Below are positions 1 through 11,703 of a stretch of 33,000 nucleotides of DNA, piece after piece. Source of the stretch: Octopus bimaculoides. Taxonomy: Eukaryota. The notes under the pieces are model-generated. The model searched no databases. It was not told the DNA's origin and was given only the letters and a program-made list of their open reading frames with translations. The DNA is taken from the NCBI RefSeq assembly GCF_001194135.2, contig NC_068997.1:56277303-56310302 (forward strand), given 5' to 3'. Within the stretch, counting starts at the first letter, position 1. Every line of letters begins with the position of its first letter. A program made the translations under genes and the position numbers.

Positions 1-59
1 AACAATGTAAGACACAAATATTCATAAAAAAGAGAGAAAATAAAAGAAAAGATTTTGGA

Positions 60-1170
60 ATCCTTAATTAAATCAATAATAAAGCAACAGAACAAATAAT
101 AAAAAAGGAAACAAATGAGAGAGGAACAAATACGACAGAAGTACAACATAAGAAGAAAAAAAGTCTCCAAGAATCAAAGAACACTTGCAATAAGAGGTTC
201 CTGTTAAACTGTAAAGAATCCATCGATAGGAAAATCATCAACAATTCTTTGAACAGAGCAAACAATTTTATTCCAACCAAAAATGATTTTATCAGAAGAA
301 TTTAAGGGAAGAATATGGCCAGCAAAGGAATCACCAGAAAAGTGAATGGCAAGAAAACAACAAATAAAGGCATTTGAATTCTGATGGGTGGCCAAAGCAG
401 CAGAAGAAGCATTACAAATGCAGAAAGCAACTGAGACACATATTTATCTGGATCAACTAAGATGAAAGGAGAGTAGTTTAATGAAATGTTGACAGAACTG
501 GAGACAAAACCTAAATGGTTCACCGGGGAAAAAATCATCCTGGAGTCAATTCACAAATCTCCAGGGTAATAACATGCTTCTTTCAATCAAAAACTCTTGA
601 CAGCAATAGCATTTGCATAGAGTGAATAAACAGTTGGAAAAAAATTGTTTCCAGAAGAGCACAAAGAATGCTACAGAGGCTCGTATATCTGTAAAAATCA
701 ATCACTGATCAATAAAGCCAAAACTGAAGATTGCAGAAAGAAAAAGAATGGTCTGATATAGATTGATTATCCAAAGATGTTTGATAATATTCCTCACACA
801 TGGATCCTTTGTGGGGATTCATAACACTAGTTGTGAATAAGTTAGCACCAGAGATAAGAGGATACATGAAAGAGGTCATGAAAGCCTTCTAATTGACTTA
901 TCAGTCCTAATATCAGTCCTAACATTGTATTTCTAAAAATGATAAAAGAATTTATTTAAATACAAAGATCTAGAAATAGAGATAACCCAAATGCGGGGAC
1001 AAAAACAGGAACATAATAATAGGTTATTAGGTGCTTTGAGTATGGTGAAAACCATGCAGAGAAAAACCTTACCAAAACTGCAGTATATTATGCAATTATA
1101 TGTAAAATAGAGAAAATAGCTTTGCTAAGCAGTAAATATTACATGGAGTTCTTTCAAGAGATTAACAGAT
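60..1170 (+). mobile_element. Decayed RLE-type non-LTR retrotransposon (R4/Dong-like): pre-RT, early RT motifs and RLE endonuclease C-terminus, with a large internal deletion
   Basis: Manual translation. 645-809 reads LFPEEHKECYRGSYICKNQSLINKAKTEDCRKKKNGLI*IDYPKMFDNIPHTWIL, matching the family pattern LPEEQKGCR..G.KDQLLI.K.IL.DC......L..AWIDY.KAFD.VPH.WI. 809-1130 reads LWGF..NKLAPEI, LLIDLSV, KYKDLEIEITQM, LGALSMVK, KIALLS (RLE domain), with stops and frameshifts. Upstream fragments RQKYNIRRKK and FYSNQK*FYQK. Confidence 0.85.
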
Positions 1171-1249
1171 AACAAAACCAAAACAAACAACAGCACATAT
1201 CTGAGGCAGACAACAACTGCACTTGTTATTGCAGTGAAAGTACATACAG

Positions 1250-1640
1250 GGATTTATTATAAGAACAAGATTCAGAATATTGAAGAAGAACAACTCAAAG
1301 AAAGAATTTAGACGGAAAATAAAACAAAACAATGATCAATACATAGAAATGATGATCTAGCAGAAACCAATGAAAGAATCACAGCAAAACTGACCACAAA
1401 CATAAAAAAAATAAAATAGCAAAGATGGCTGTATATACAACAAATAAGACCTTACAATACTGCAGAGATAGTACTAAATGAACATAGCATACAAGAAATA
1501 AATGAATGGGTAATCAATAACTGACTGAAGAGAACTAAAATCCAAAATAAAGATGTACATCTGAGAAATCCCTATTGGAATATTCAACCAAATGTAGAAT
1601 CACAATATAAATATATCCCAAAATACCAAACATCTATTAA
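1250..1640 (+). mobile_element. Probable 5'/N-terminal fragment of another decayed R4/Dong-like LINE
   Basis: A-rich coding-like strand bias with broken frames, e.g. LKRTKIQNKDVHLRNPYWNIQPNVESQYK, loosely like the PPW...IESLRK pre-RT region. No diagnostic motif. Confidence 0.3.
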
Positions 1641-2145
1641 GAGAATATATAAACAGACACAGTGCAGCAGATCATGTTAAGTTTATATTGAGCAGGACCT
1701 GAAAAAAAGGAAAAGAAAATAGAAGAGAGCAAACCAGAATCAGTTGCTATGGAAGAAGGTAAATACCTACCCAGGTTACACAAGAATAAGAATCACCAGG
1801 GAAGAACAATTATATGTAACAGAGATCCTCAGGATATTATAGTTCATAGTAACAGACTGTCTGTGTATCGTCAGGCTGAATGGTCAAATCTGTTTAATAA
1901 TAATCATTGAGGGATTTGAGAGAAACTGGACTTGAACCAAGAAGAGTCTCACCTTCGGTCAAAGCACACTTTCAAAAATAATAAGAAGAAAATAAATTAT
2001 ATAAACGAAGCAAAAGAAGACCTTTCTTTTGTTTCAAAATAGAAAAGATCACTTTACATGCTGGAAATAGCAGCCAAATCCATCTCATCTTCTTATAAAG
2101 GAAATATAAAATGTATTTTAGTCCTAGATACACTAAAAAGAAAAA

Positions 2146-2226
2146 GGCAGGATGAATATGTCTGGAATGCATATTTGATCATAGGTTTTCTGGATTAGTG
2201 TTAACCTGGTGTTAAACAGTAACAAC
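2146..2226 (+). repeat. Short (AAC)n-tailed retro-tail, family D copy 1
   Basis: GGATG..CTGGAATGC..TTTGATCATAGG..CCTGG.GTTAAACA(G)TAACAAC; same motif order in four other copies in the window. Confidence 0.65.
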
Positions 2227-2650
2227 GATAAGAAAGATCCATTTAGTCTTGGATGCCTTATGTCTTCATGAAACAGGATGGTCATGGCTTGGAACAGGTT
2301 TGATTTGAAATCTGTTAGTTCAGTGATGACTTGAGAAGAAATAGCCTGAATAAGAATGAGGATGGTATATTAGATCGTGTAGACCGAGATACACTGTGGT
2401 CTCCACCTCTTTTGAAACTATATTTCTGTTGAAATACACTGCTCTTGTCACCATTAATTTTGAAAATAAGGAAGAATTTAGTAAGAATTTAGTAAGATAA
2501 CTGTCATCATGAAGCTGGTATTTGGAAGATAAATTAACCCCAAGTTCTGATGGAAGATTTTAAGCAGAAGTCCTTAGTGATAGAACCAAGGAAAGCCTCA
2601 GACCGTTTGGCACTAAAAGGGTTTGAAAAATGGTTAAAAGGGTTTGAAAA

Positions 2651-2723
2651 GCTTGAATGTTTTTGATCAGAGACCTGTTTGATTATGGTCTTCCCAGAGT
2701 TAAACAACAACAACAACAGCAAC
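2651..2723 (+). repeat. Short (AAC)n-tailed retro-tail, family D copy 2
   Basis: TTGAATGTTTTTGATCAGAGACCTG..CCCAGAGTTAAACAACAACAACAAC. Confidence 0.6.
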
Positions 2724-3819
2724 ATTAACAATCAACAAACGTCATTGATATAAAATAGTTATATATTTCATAGATACACGTTACACGCATTATGGATAGT
2801 TTGGTTAGTTTAAATTATGATTAAGTCGTTAACATAATGGAAGACAGAGAGAGAGAGAGAGGGGTGGAGTGGTAGTGTGTGTGTGGTGGGGTGGAGAATT
2901 GTCTAGAACTAGTTCTATATTTTGTAAGATATTGTATAGCATAAATATATTGTGAAAACTCAATATAGTGTTTCTGTGCATGGCAAATCACATTATGAAA
3001 GAATGCCTGCTTGCCAAGCTACAGCATTTCATGACGTTACTCTTGGTCAAAGAAAAATGATAGACATAACCCTTGACATTTTTTCTTTCCTCTTTTCCCA
3101 TTCGAGATTGTTCAATAAAATGAGAAGTCTATTATATTTATTATATCGAAATCACATTGTCGCTGTATTAATCTATTAATATCGTAATCAATGTATTGAG
3201 CTGATATTTTGGCAAATAACACATAATGTCTATCCTGCCTAAATATATAAATGTCTTTGAAGAAATTGTTAGCCATTAAACGATGCTTATTCACACCACA
3301 CTAACAATGGTATTTCTACAAATTCACCAGAAAACTGATAAAGGTTACATTCTTGTTCTTTTATGAGGTCTTCTATAAGCAAATTTACAGACATATCAAC
3401 TTCCACTATGTAAACCTTGTAAAGGATTCAAACTTTAGAAACTCAACACACACTCTCTCTCTCTCTCTGAATGTTTTATTTTATATTAAATATTCTATGG
3501 AAGTTTCTAGTTAATTAAGATTGGCCTTCAGCTGCTAATTGGTGGAATGAACTCAAATCTTTCCAATAGCAAACGTTGTATGATTCACTGATTGGACGCA
3601 GTCATCCGTTATCTATGATTACTGAACTATACCTACCTATTACATAAAGCACCAAAGATTTTCCTGACACTCGCAATAGCTATGTGCTCCATTGATTTAG
3701 GGAATTTTATCGCTTCTGTGTGAATCCTAAGAACCAAAGGTTGCATTAGATGGCACAAATTATCTGAAGGATATAGATTAGAAGCTGCTGTAGAAATGTG
3801 GAGAGTATGAGAAGAATTA

Positions 3820-4110
3820 TAATAATAATAATAGCAATAATAGAACTGCTACTAATAATAATTATAATAAGGATACTCAAATATAGTAATAATAATAATA
3901 ATGATAATAATAATAGCTATTTCACAAATTTCTTGTATTAATTGTGTTATAGATTCAAGAGAAATATATTTGATGAAGGAGGGACAGGGAAAGAAAGGGA
4001 TTGATGTTGTAGACACATAAGAGTATATAGGAAAACAATGATTGGATAGAAGGAAACAGCAGTAGTAGTAGTAGTAGTAGTAGCAGCAGTAGTAGTAGTA
4101 ACTGCAGCAG
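3820..4110. repeat. Compound trinucleotide microsatellites (TAA)n and (GTA/GCA)n
   Basis: Directly visible arrays at about 3820-3915 and 4061-4110. Confidence 0.9.
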
Positions 4111-4237
4111 CAATATATATACATAGTGCTCAGGTACGGGTTTTGTGGGAGTTTGAGAGACCATGACTGAAAAACTGAAATTCCTAGAGAAGGAAATAAT
4201 GTGTGAGTGTGTGTGTGTGTTTGTGATGAGTGTGTAT

Positions 4238-4280
<43 letters not shown>

Positions 4281-4390
4281 CACAGAGTCAAGAAGATAAA
4301 AGTAAATAGACACCTTATAAAACATTGTTTTGTGTTTATTTCAACTTGGAAAAGTTTTTATATTCTTTATTACTTGACAATTTTATCTCT

Positions 4391-4720
4391 CACCTTAAAG
4401 GATTTTTAGCCGAACAAAATCAACCCCCAGGACTTATTTTTTAAGCCTAGTAGTTATTCTATTGGGCTCTTTTGACAAAGCACTAAGTTATGGGGATGTA
4501 AACACACCAACACCAGTTGTCAAGTGGTGATGGGGCGGGGGGACACAGGCAAAAAGACATACACACATAGATACACACACACACACACACATGCAATAGT
4601 CTTCTTTCAGTTTCTGCCTACGAAATCCACTCACAAGGTTTTGGTTAGACACTTGCCCAAGGTGCCATGCAGTGAGACTGGACCTGGAACCATGTGGTTG
4701 GGAAGCAAACGTCTTACCCC
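4391..4720 (-). mobile_element. tRNA-derived SINE, family A (internal CA/TG microsatellite)
   Basis: Reverse complement matches the + copy at 16307-16647 over head (CTTCCCAACCACATGGTTCC), body (CCTTGTGAGTGGATTT.GTAG.C.GAAACTGAAAGAAG) and tail (TGGTGTGTTTAC.TCCCC.TAACTTAG, AATAAGTCCTGGGG). Confidence 0.85.
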
Positions 4721-6630
4721 GTGATTCCCAACGTGGGGCATGATAATATTTTGGTGAGGCATGCATAAGGTTACCTTTCGTACGCAATGTTTAGTATACC
4801 AATAGAGAGAAAGGGGGCAATTCGAGAATGAGTTTATTAAAAACAAAAAAAATTCTTTACATTCCTTCTGTGGACAATTTTATCAAATTCTGGACACTTC
4901 AGAGACATCATATTCATAAGATCTGATGTCACTAAAGAGGGAAAAGATTATTTCTTTGTAGGTAATTACGAACGCACGTGCGTGCATGCGTTTGTGTAGT
5001 ACAGAACTGGTCCGTACAGAAAGCAATGCCATCTTAATTCCTTATGGAGAAATAAACTGGAGACAGACTTATGTGTGCAGGTGTGTCTACGACTCTTTTA
5101 TCTCTGGCGACAAAAGATCTCGGTGCACAAGAACAATGTGGTTCTGTAGAGTATGGCAATAAACGGGGGTGATGGAGGAAGGAATGGAATGGTGTGGAAT
5201 GAGTGGAAGTGAGAGGGGTAGCGTCAGTGAAGGAAGAGAAAGTGGGTGAAAGAGAGAGAGGAGAGAAGATAGAGAGAGAGAGAGAGAAAGAGAGAGATTA
5301 ATGGTACCGGTAACAGACGACACACACGTATATATAATATATATGAACAGAGATGAAAATAAACAGGTCGTTTTATTATCACCGGTCAGTTTGTGAATTC
5401 AGCAAAAAGGTAAGAAAAATTGTCTACGAATGTGTTATATCATGAAGATTCCGAAGATACAAAATTTTTGGGAAAGTGGTTTTGGTGGGGTCTTAGTGGG
5501 GAATTTCGAAACATTTACCGGGGTCCAATTCAGTTCGTCTTAACTCTGAAAAAAATGGATATTTTTTAATGAAATTCTCTACAAATATACCTTGGACTAT
5601 GTAGATTCCGAGAACATAGGAATTTTGGGGGAAAACAATTGAGGGCTATTTTTGAGAACTGTTCCCCACTCACAGGTGTTTCAGAACAAGTCGTCCATAT
5701 TTGTTTCATTTTCTCAGTTTTGTGCGTCCGTAGATTTCCACTGAAGCAACATACAAGCAACGAAGGCAAATGAAATCCTCACCAGGAAACTTGTTGTGCT
5801 AGNNNNNNNNNNNNNNNNNNNNNNNNNNNNNNNNNNNNNNNNNNNNNNNNNNNNNNNNNNNNNNNNNNNNNNNNNNNNNNNNNNNNNNNNNNNNNNNNNN
5901 NNNNNNNNNNNNNNNNNNNNNNNNNNNNNNNNNNNNNNNNNNNNNNNNNNNNNNNNNNNNNNNNNNNNNNNNNNNNNNNNNNNNNNNNNNNNNNNNNNNN
6001 NNNNNNNNNNNNNNNNNNNNNNNNNNNNNNNNNNNNNNNNNNNNNNNNNNNNNNNNNNNNNNNNNNNNNNNNNNNNNNNNNNNNNNNNNNNNNNNNNNNN
6101 NNNNNNNNNNNNNNNNNNNNNNNNNNNNNNNNNNNNNNNNNNNNNNNNNNNNNNNNNNNNNNNNNNNNNNNNNNNNNNNNNNNNNNNNNNNNNNNNNNNN
6201 NNNNNNNNNNNNNNNNNNNNNNNNNNNNNNNNNNNNNNNNNNNNNNNNNNNNNNNNNNNNNNNNNNNNNNNNNNNNNNNNNNNNNNNNNNNNNNNNNNNN
6301 ATTTCTTTATAATCGTAATCTATGCCGGTTGAAAGGTATTTATATAAAATTTCATAAGACAAAAACATTTTCCTAAAAGTTATGAGGGGAAAACTCGGTT
6401 CTTGTGAATCTTCCGAAGTCCCCCCCACCTCCGTTGCTTTCCGCGCATTTTTTTCATATTCGTTTCCTACACATTTCTTTTTACATCCGTTGCACTATTT
6501 TCCTTTTAATAAGTTTCCAGGTGAATATTGTAAACATTAACGAAATTTTGAATAACAAAAATTGAATATCACAAGGGGGGCATCAGGATTTTAGAAATGA
6601 TTCTGTGGGGCATGGCCAAAAATGAGGAAA
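4719..6630. mobile_element. Probable non-autonomous hAT/Charlie-like DNA element spanning the first assembly gap
   Basis: Left end C(C)GTGATTCCCAACGTGGGGCATG resembles Charlie termini (CAGTGGTTCCCAAC). Right subterminal GGGGGGCATCAGGATTTTAG...GGGGCATGGCCAAAAA is Charlie-like, but the terminal TIR is degenerate. CpG retained on both gap flanks. No transposase motif recognised. Confidence 0.35.
5803..6300. other. Assembly gap (N run)
   Basis: Run of n. Confidence 1.
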
Positions 6631-7385
6631 ATAGGAGCAGGTGAGGGAGGAGGACACCTGAAGGGATACAAAGTGAAGTGTTGGGGAATTAAATAACATC
6701 ATTTCTAGAAGCTGAATGAGTTCTATAGATAGGAGATTGATGGAGAGATGGCTGTTAGCTGAGGAACAGGAATTTGGAAATGGAGATCAGTTCTTTAGAG
6801 GTTGTTGTTTCGTTGGTGGTGCAACAGAAAAACAACTTTGGTTGCTTTTATATGATTCTCTGACCCAGCCACAAAGAATGCCACCTGGCTAATTGGCCAG
6901 TAATATATGTAATGTGTATAATCTAAAATGCTATTTTCATTCAAACATTTTTCAATTTTGTCTTCACCAAAAGCAGTTTTTGGGTTATTCATGATTTTCT
7001 TTTCTTCTTCTGCAATAATGTTTGAAAAGTAGCCACAGAGGTCAGAAATTCTCAACTAAAAAAACAATATATAATTTAAAAAAATCTTTTCTTAAAACTG
7101 CATTATTAAGCTTTTAAAATTTGCTTTGTATCATCATCATCATCATCATCATCATTTAGTATCCATACATAGTCTCGCATACACACACACACATGCACAA
7201 ACTCTCACACACACATTCTCTCATGCACAATTGCTTATAAACACACACACATAAATGCTCGCATACATACACTCACATGCACATACACACACACGCATGC
7301 ACACATGCAATGAACTAAACTTGTGAGCGTGGAAAATATTTTGTTGTGGTTGTGTTGTAGAGAAGTGTGTACGTGCGTGCTTATG

Positions 7386-7416
<31 letters not shown>

Positions 7417-8150
7417 CAAGTGGGGAAAAAAGAGGGGGAGAGACTGTGTGAAAGACAGGAAAATGGAAGAAAGAGCTAAGATAGATAAAGAGATAATTAC
7501 AAAGAATGAAAGACGAGCAGATACATGTGTGTGTATGTGCATTGTGTGTGTGTATGTGCTTACAGTTTTTGTGTATGTTCGTGTATTTGTGAAAGCAAGT
7601 TTGTGTGTGAAGTAAAAGAGAAAGAAAATATTCAGGATTTTCTGGGAAGCTTGATCGAACCAGATGTCAAAAGTGGTATTAGAATGTGTCACTACTACAT
7701 CTTTGTTTTTGACAAGATTCCAGAGATTTTCGAATGTTTAGTTTTGAAGAGGAAATTAGGAAAGACTCAGCGATAATCGCATTTGTAAAACTTGTGTTTT
7801 TATTTCCACATTTAAACATTAATATTTCTACTTGAGTTGGATGTCTCTGCAAATAATAGACAATTCTGTGGATTGCCAGAGATTGAATGGTTTACGGTTG
7901 GATGATCTTCTTAATTCTACTCACTTAACTGAAAATTGAGAGTAGGGCTTCCTTCTAACTTGCAATGTATTAGCAACAGAGAATCGATCTTGTTTAAGGT
8001 AGCACCACAAGTATCAAAGGTTGAGGGAAAGTTTTCACTCCTTTGAATTACTATCTACGTGATAGAACTCCACTCAGGTACATATTTTGTGCTTTAGCAA
8101 CAACGTGTTAGTTTTACATATATATGCACATGTATATATCCTTGCCGTTG

Positions 8151-8270
8151 TCATCATCATCATCATCATCTTTTAATGTCCCTTTTTCCATGCTGGCATA
8201 AGTTTCTACAGCTGGATGCCCTTCCTAATGCCGACCATTTAACAGAATGGACCGTGTGCTTTTTATGAGG
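8151..8270 (-). mobile_element. SINE/RTE-type 3' end, family B ((TGA)n tail), internally deleted
   Basis: (CAT)n TTTAATGTCC.TTTTCCATGCTGGCAT...TTTCTACAGCTGGATGCCCTTCCTAATGCC is the reverse complement of the + copies at 8821-9002 and 19115-19446. Confidence 0.8.
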
Positions 8271-8574
8271 TACAAGCATCAATGAGTTCACCAAGCACCC
8301 ACAAGGTAAGAGCCCTCAACTGACTTGGGCATAAGCGAGAGAAAGGAACTATGATAGAGGGAGAGGAGCAGATGTCTTGCTGAAGACATGCATTCACATG
8401 AACACATATGCATAATTATATCTGCATTCTCATACATACACACATGCACATGCTCATAAATACATACATACACTTATATGGTAAGCTGACAGGTGCACAC
8501 ACTCAAAAATATGGATACAGAGAGAGGAAACTTCTACACACAGAGCAGGAGTACAATTAGCTCTCTCTCTCTCA

Positions 8575-9002
8575 CTGGGTAACCATGTACCTCCTCTATA
8601 GCAAGACACCTATTTCTGCCTCTCTGTTTCTCTGTTGCACTTTAACCTTTCATCATCTGATACTGGAGCACCTCTTCTAACTTCTAATGCCCCCTCTATT
8701 GTGGCAAGACCCCTGTTTCTGTCTCTTTGTCACACTCAACCCTTTCATCTTCTGACACACGTTCCCCTCCTCAAACTCACTGCCCCCTCTCATAATTCCT
8801 TGTCTTATGAGTTATGTGGTAACCCTGCCAGTGCTGGTGCCAAGTTAAAAGCACCCAGTCTATACTGTAACGTGATTGGTGTAGAAAGGGCATCCAGCCA
8901 TAAAATCCCCTGCCAAAACAGACACGGTTGCCTAGGGTAGTATTTCTACCTGGCCAGCTCCTATCAACTATGGAAGATGGATGTTAAACAATGATGATGA
9001 TG
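8575..9002 (+). mobile_element. SINE family B with 5' pyrimidine-rich, internally duplicated segment
   Basis: AAAAGCACCC..GGGCATCCAGCCATAAAA..ATGGAAGATGGATGTTAAACAATGATGATGA tail; duplicated GCAAGAC.CCT.TTTCTG.CTCT at about 8601 and 8704. Confidence 0.7.
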
Positions 9003-10529
9003 TGTGTGTGTGCATGTGTACAGATGACACATCTAGTAACTAGATGTTAAGCAAGTACTTATCCATATAAAATTCTAATCTTAGTTCCAGGGAAATTTGC
9101 AATCTATAAATCTGTGCTTCTCCTAAGATTAAATGAATTATCTATATTGACCCCTTGACCCCTGTATTTGTCCATTGTTCCTTATCTATTGGCGGACTGA
9201 GGCAGTGCCTCTTTCGAAAATTATTTTCCTTTACTATGCATGAAATCAGAGAAGCACAAACACAATTTCGGTTCCCAGAAGGTACAGTTCTTTCTGTTTT
9301 GAGATGGAGATACTTAATGAAAGTTTTCAGAGTAAATCGAACCTAGGAACACCACGGTTGCAAAGCAAACTCCTTAACCTACATGTTGAGTAGGTGGGTT
9401 GAATTTGTAAGAATTTCAAAGCAAAATCGTGATGCATTCAAAGCAAGACTTCTGTTTAATCAAAGATTAACTTGTTAATCTGTAAAGCCATAACATATTG
9501 ACTGTGATAGTAAAACTATAACTTATTAACGTATTCCACCAATACTTAAATTGGTAGCAACCATTCCATTGTCGACTGGAATTGCTGTATCTATTGCGTT
9601 ATCATATGAAATGAATAATTCCAGCAGACCTTTGTCTGCATGGTCTCAATGTAAATGATATCTACAATGGTTAAATAGAACATATTGATGTTGGAATATG
9701 GAGAAGAATCCTTACAAGAGTCGAATTGATTTGTAGCGATAGGAAAATCTGTGAGTGATAAATGATAAATTTATTGATCTATAACATCAAATACTGCCTT
9801 GTTCGAGAGAGACTGGAAGGAGAAATAAAACTACTTTGGTTTAATGAAGACTAAATCTCAAGTATGGCATTGGAATCTGCAGTTTGGCCTGGAACTTCAG
9901 CTTGTGTGTAATGAGAGGAGGATTATTGGATGCGATTGAAAGAGATTTGCTATGTTAGGAAGGAAAATTGACAGAACACTTCTGAGAAATGGCTGGCCTT
10001 TTACAGGAATATCTGTTCTTCTACTTCTTCTCTTGCATCAGCACAACCCCTGCACACCCCCAGCCGACATAGCTTCCCAGCCAAAAACGGTTTTGGCTGG
10101 TAAATCAAAGTTGTATTATTGGTAAATTGTGCCAATTCAATATTAGTGTGTGATCTGAAATTTTATGATTTCTGTATTTCTTATCAACATTGGCACAGTA
10201 CCATTGAAAAAAAAAGTTAGAATAAACACTTCCCTTTAGAAGAACCAAAAAGCTAGCTTAAAGAATATATATCATGTGAACGGAGGTAAAAATGAAGCAA
10301 CCTTTGAAGTGTCCACTCACACTGCAACCAACTCATATTTGACCATCACTTTAAATGTCTGTTTGAAGTCACCAATGACATGACATTAAGTGAATAAACA
10401 AATGCTTTATCAATTATCAATATTCAACAGACAATGCTGGAATATTTCACAGCTATCACACAATAATATATTTTCGTAGCTGAAGTTCTCTTGGGAATGG
10501 TGAAATTGCAAGTTTAAGCTGCATATGAC

Positions 10530-10581
10530 TGACCTGTTTCAATGATGAAGTCCAATAACACTGAAACATGCATGTCGGTCA
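10530..10581 (+). ncRNA. Hammerhead-ribozyme-like motif (minimal type I, palindromic stem III), core disrupted
   Basis: TGACC-tgtttcaa-TGATGA-AGT ccaataac ACT-GAAA-CATGCATG-TC-GGTCA. ACATGCATGT (10566-10575) is a perfect palindrome; TGACC/GGTCA are complementary; AATAAA follows about 15 nt downstream. Confidence 0.5.
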
Positions 10582-10932
10582 CATTTTTGGCTAATAAACA
10601 TCAGATATTTCCTGATACATTTGAATTTAATATTTTAAAATTCATTCTTAATTTCTTGAAATTATCTCCTCTTTGCCTTCCTTAACAGTCACTCACAATT
10701 ACCACGAGGTCTTTTCTCTTAAGATTTCAATGATGAGATTGTTTAATTTTACAATGATATTGTAGGATAGGTGTGCGAGGCTGAATATGGCTAATCTGTA
10801 ACAAAACAGAATATTTGAGCTGGATGTAACTGGTTTAAATGCTAAGGAGTTAATGTTGAATGCTATAATGCATCTTAGATAAGAATAAAAATGTAATAGA
10901 AGAATTTGGATAGAATTGGTAATAGAACATAT

Positions 10933-11054
10933 GGTGGTGAGTTAGCAGAGTTGGTAGAACATCAAATAGAAATATTTGCAGGATTTGCTTTGAATTTCTG
11001 TGTTCTGAGTTCAAATTCTGCTGAAGTCAACATTGCTCTTCATTCTTTCAGGGG
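10933..11054 (+). mobile_element. tRNA-derived SINE, family C, degraded
   Basis: GGTGAGTTAGCAGA..TTCTGAGTTCAAATTCTGCTGAAGTCAAC.TTGC..TTCATTCTTTCAGGGG (B box GTTCAAATTC); matches 20662 and 25532 copies. Confidence 0.7.
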
Positions 11055-11265
11055 AGTTCAATCCTTGTCTGCTGTCATCTTTGGGGGAAGAATAATAACA
11101 CTTCTGTCAGAAATTGCTACCAAGTGATAATATGAGCCATCAACAAAAGAATCAGAAGTTTCTTGCTTTGGTTAAAACATTGATCGATGTTCTTACGAGA
11201 AAAATATCTCAGAGTTTCTTCCTTAAGTTGTCATTTGAAACATAATTTAAATATTTCTTATATTA

Positions 11266-11469
11266 ATTTCAAATTGTGGCCCAAAGCCAGCAATTTTGGG
11301 GGATAAGTCTTTTACATTGACCCCCAGTGTTCAACTTGGCACATAGTTAATCAACTCCAAAATGATGAAAAGCAAAGTCGACTCTGGCGGCATTTGAACT
11401 CAGAATCTGAAATCAGAAGAAATGCAATTTTTTGCTGGCACAGGAATGGTTCTGCCAGCTTGTGGCCTT
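11266..11469 (-). mobile_element. tRNA-derived SINE, family C
   Basis: CATTGACCCCCAGTG..AAAAGCAAAGTCGACTCTGGCGGCATTTGAACTCAGAA..TTCTGCCAGCTTG is the reverse complement of the family C head and core. Confidence 0.8.
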
Positions 11470-11607
11470 AAATATTTCTTATATCAAATTGTGATGAAAG
11501 ATTTCATTTTAAAGACAAGCTTTATAAAATGGTCAGTCTTGTATTATGGAACCAGAGTCAAGATCAAGAAGAGTTAAACACCAATATCCACATGAGAATT
11601 TCAAAAG

Positions 11608-11703
11608 ACATCTTTGAGATGTACATACATCTTCCATGAACATCTTTGAGATGTACAAACATCTTCCATGAACATCTTTGAGATGTACAAACATCCTCTG
11701 TGA
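11608..11703. repeat. 32-bp minisatellite, 3 copies, each with an internal hairpin
   Basis: Units ACATCTTTGAGATGTACA(T/A)ACATCTTCCATGA at 11608, 11640 and 11672 (third diverged at 3' end); ACATCT-TTG-AGATGT inverted repeat in each. Confidence 0.95.

Noticed and set aside
3852-4325. 157-aa and 106-aa ORFs, and similar CV/HT/YI/LS-rich ORFs throughout
   Set aside because: Translations of stop-free microsatellites.
5796-6428. Long ORFs of 178-209 aa
   Set aside because: Almost entirely X from the N gap.
6968-7009. 42-nt minus-strand candidate exon (EEEKKIMNNPKTAF)
   Set aside because: Weak donor (GTGAAG), unrecognised peptide; such matches arise readily by chance.
11608-11703. CRISPR-like 32-bp palindromic repeats
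   Set aside because: No unique spacers, no cas genes, eukaryotic context; it is a tandem minisatellite.
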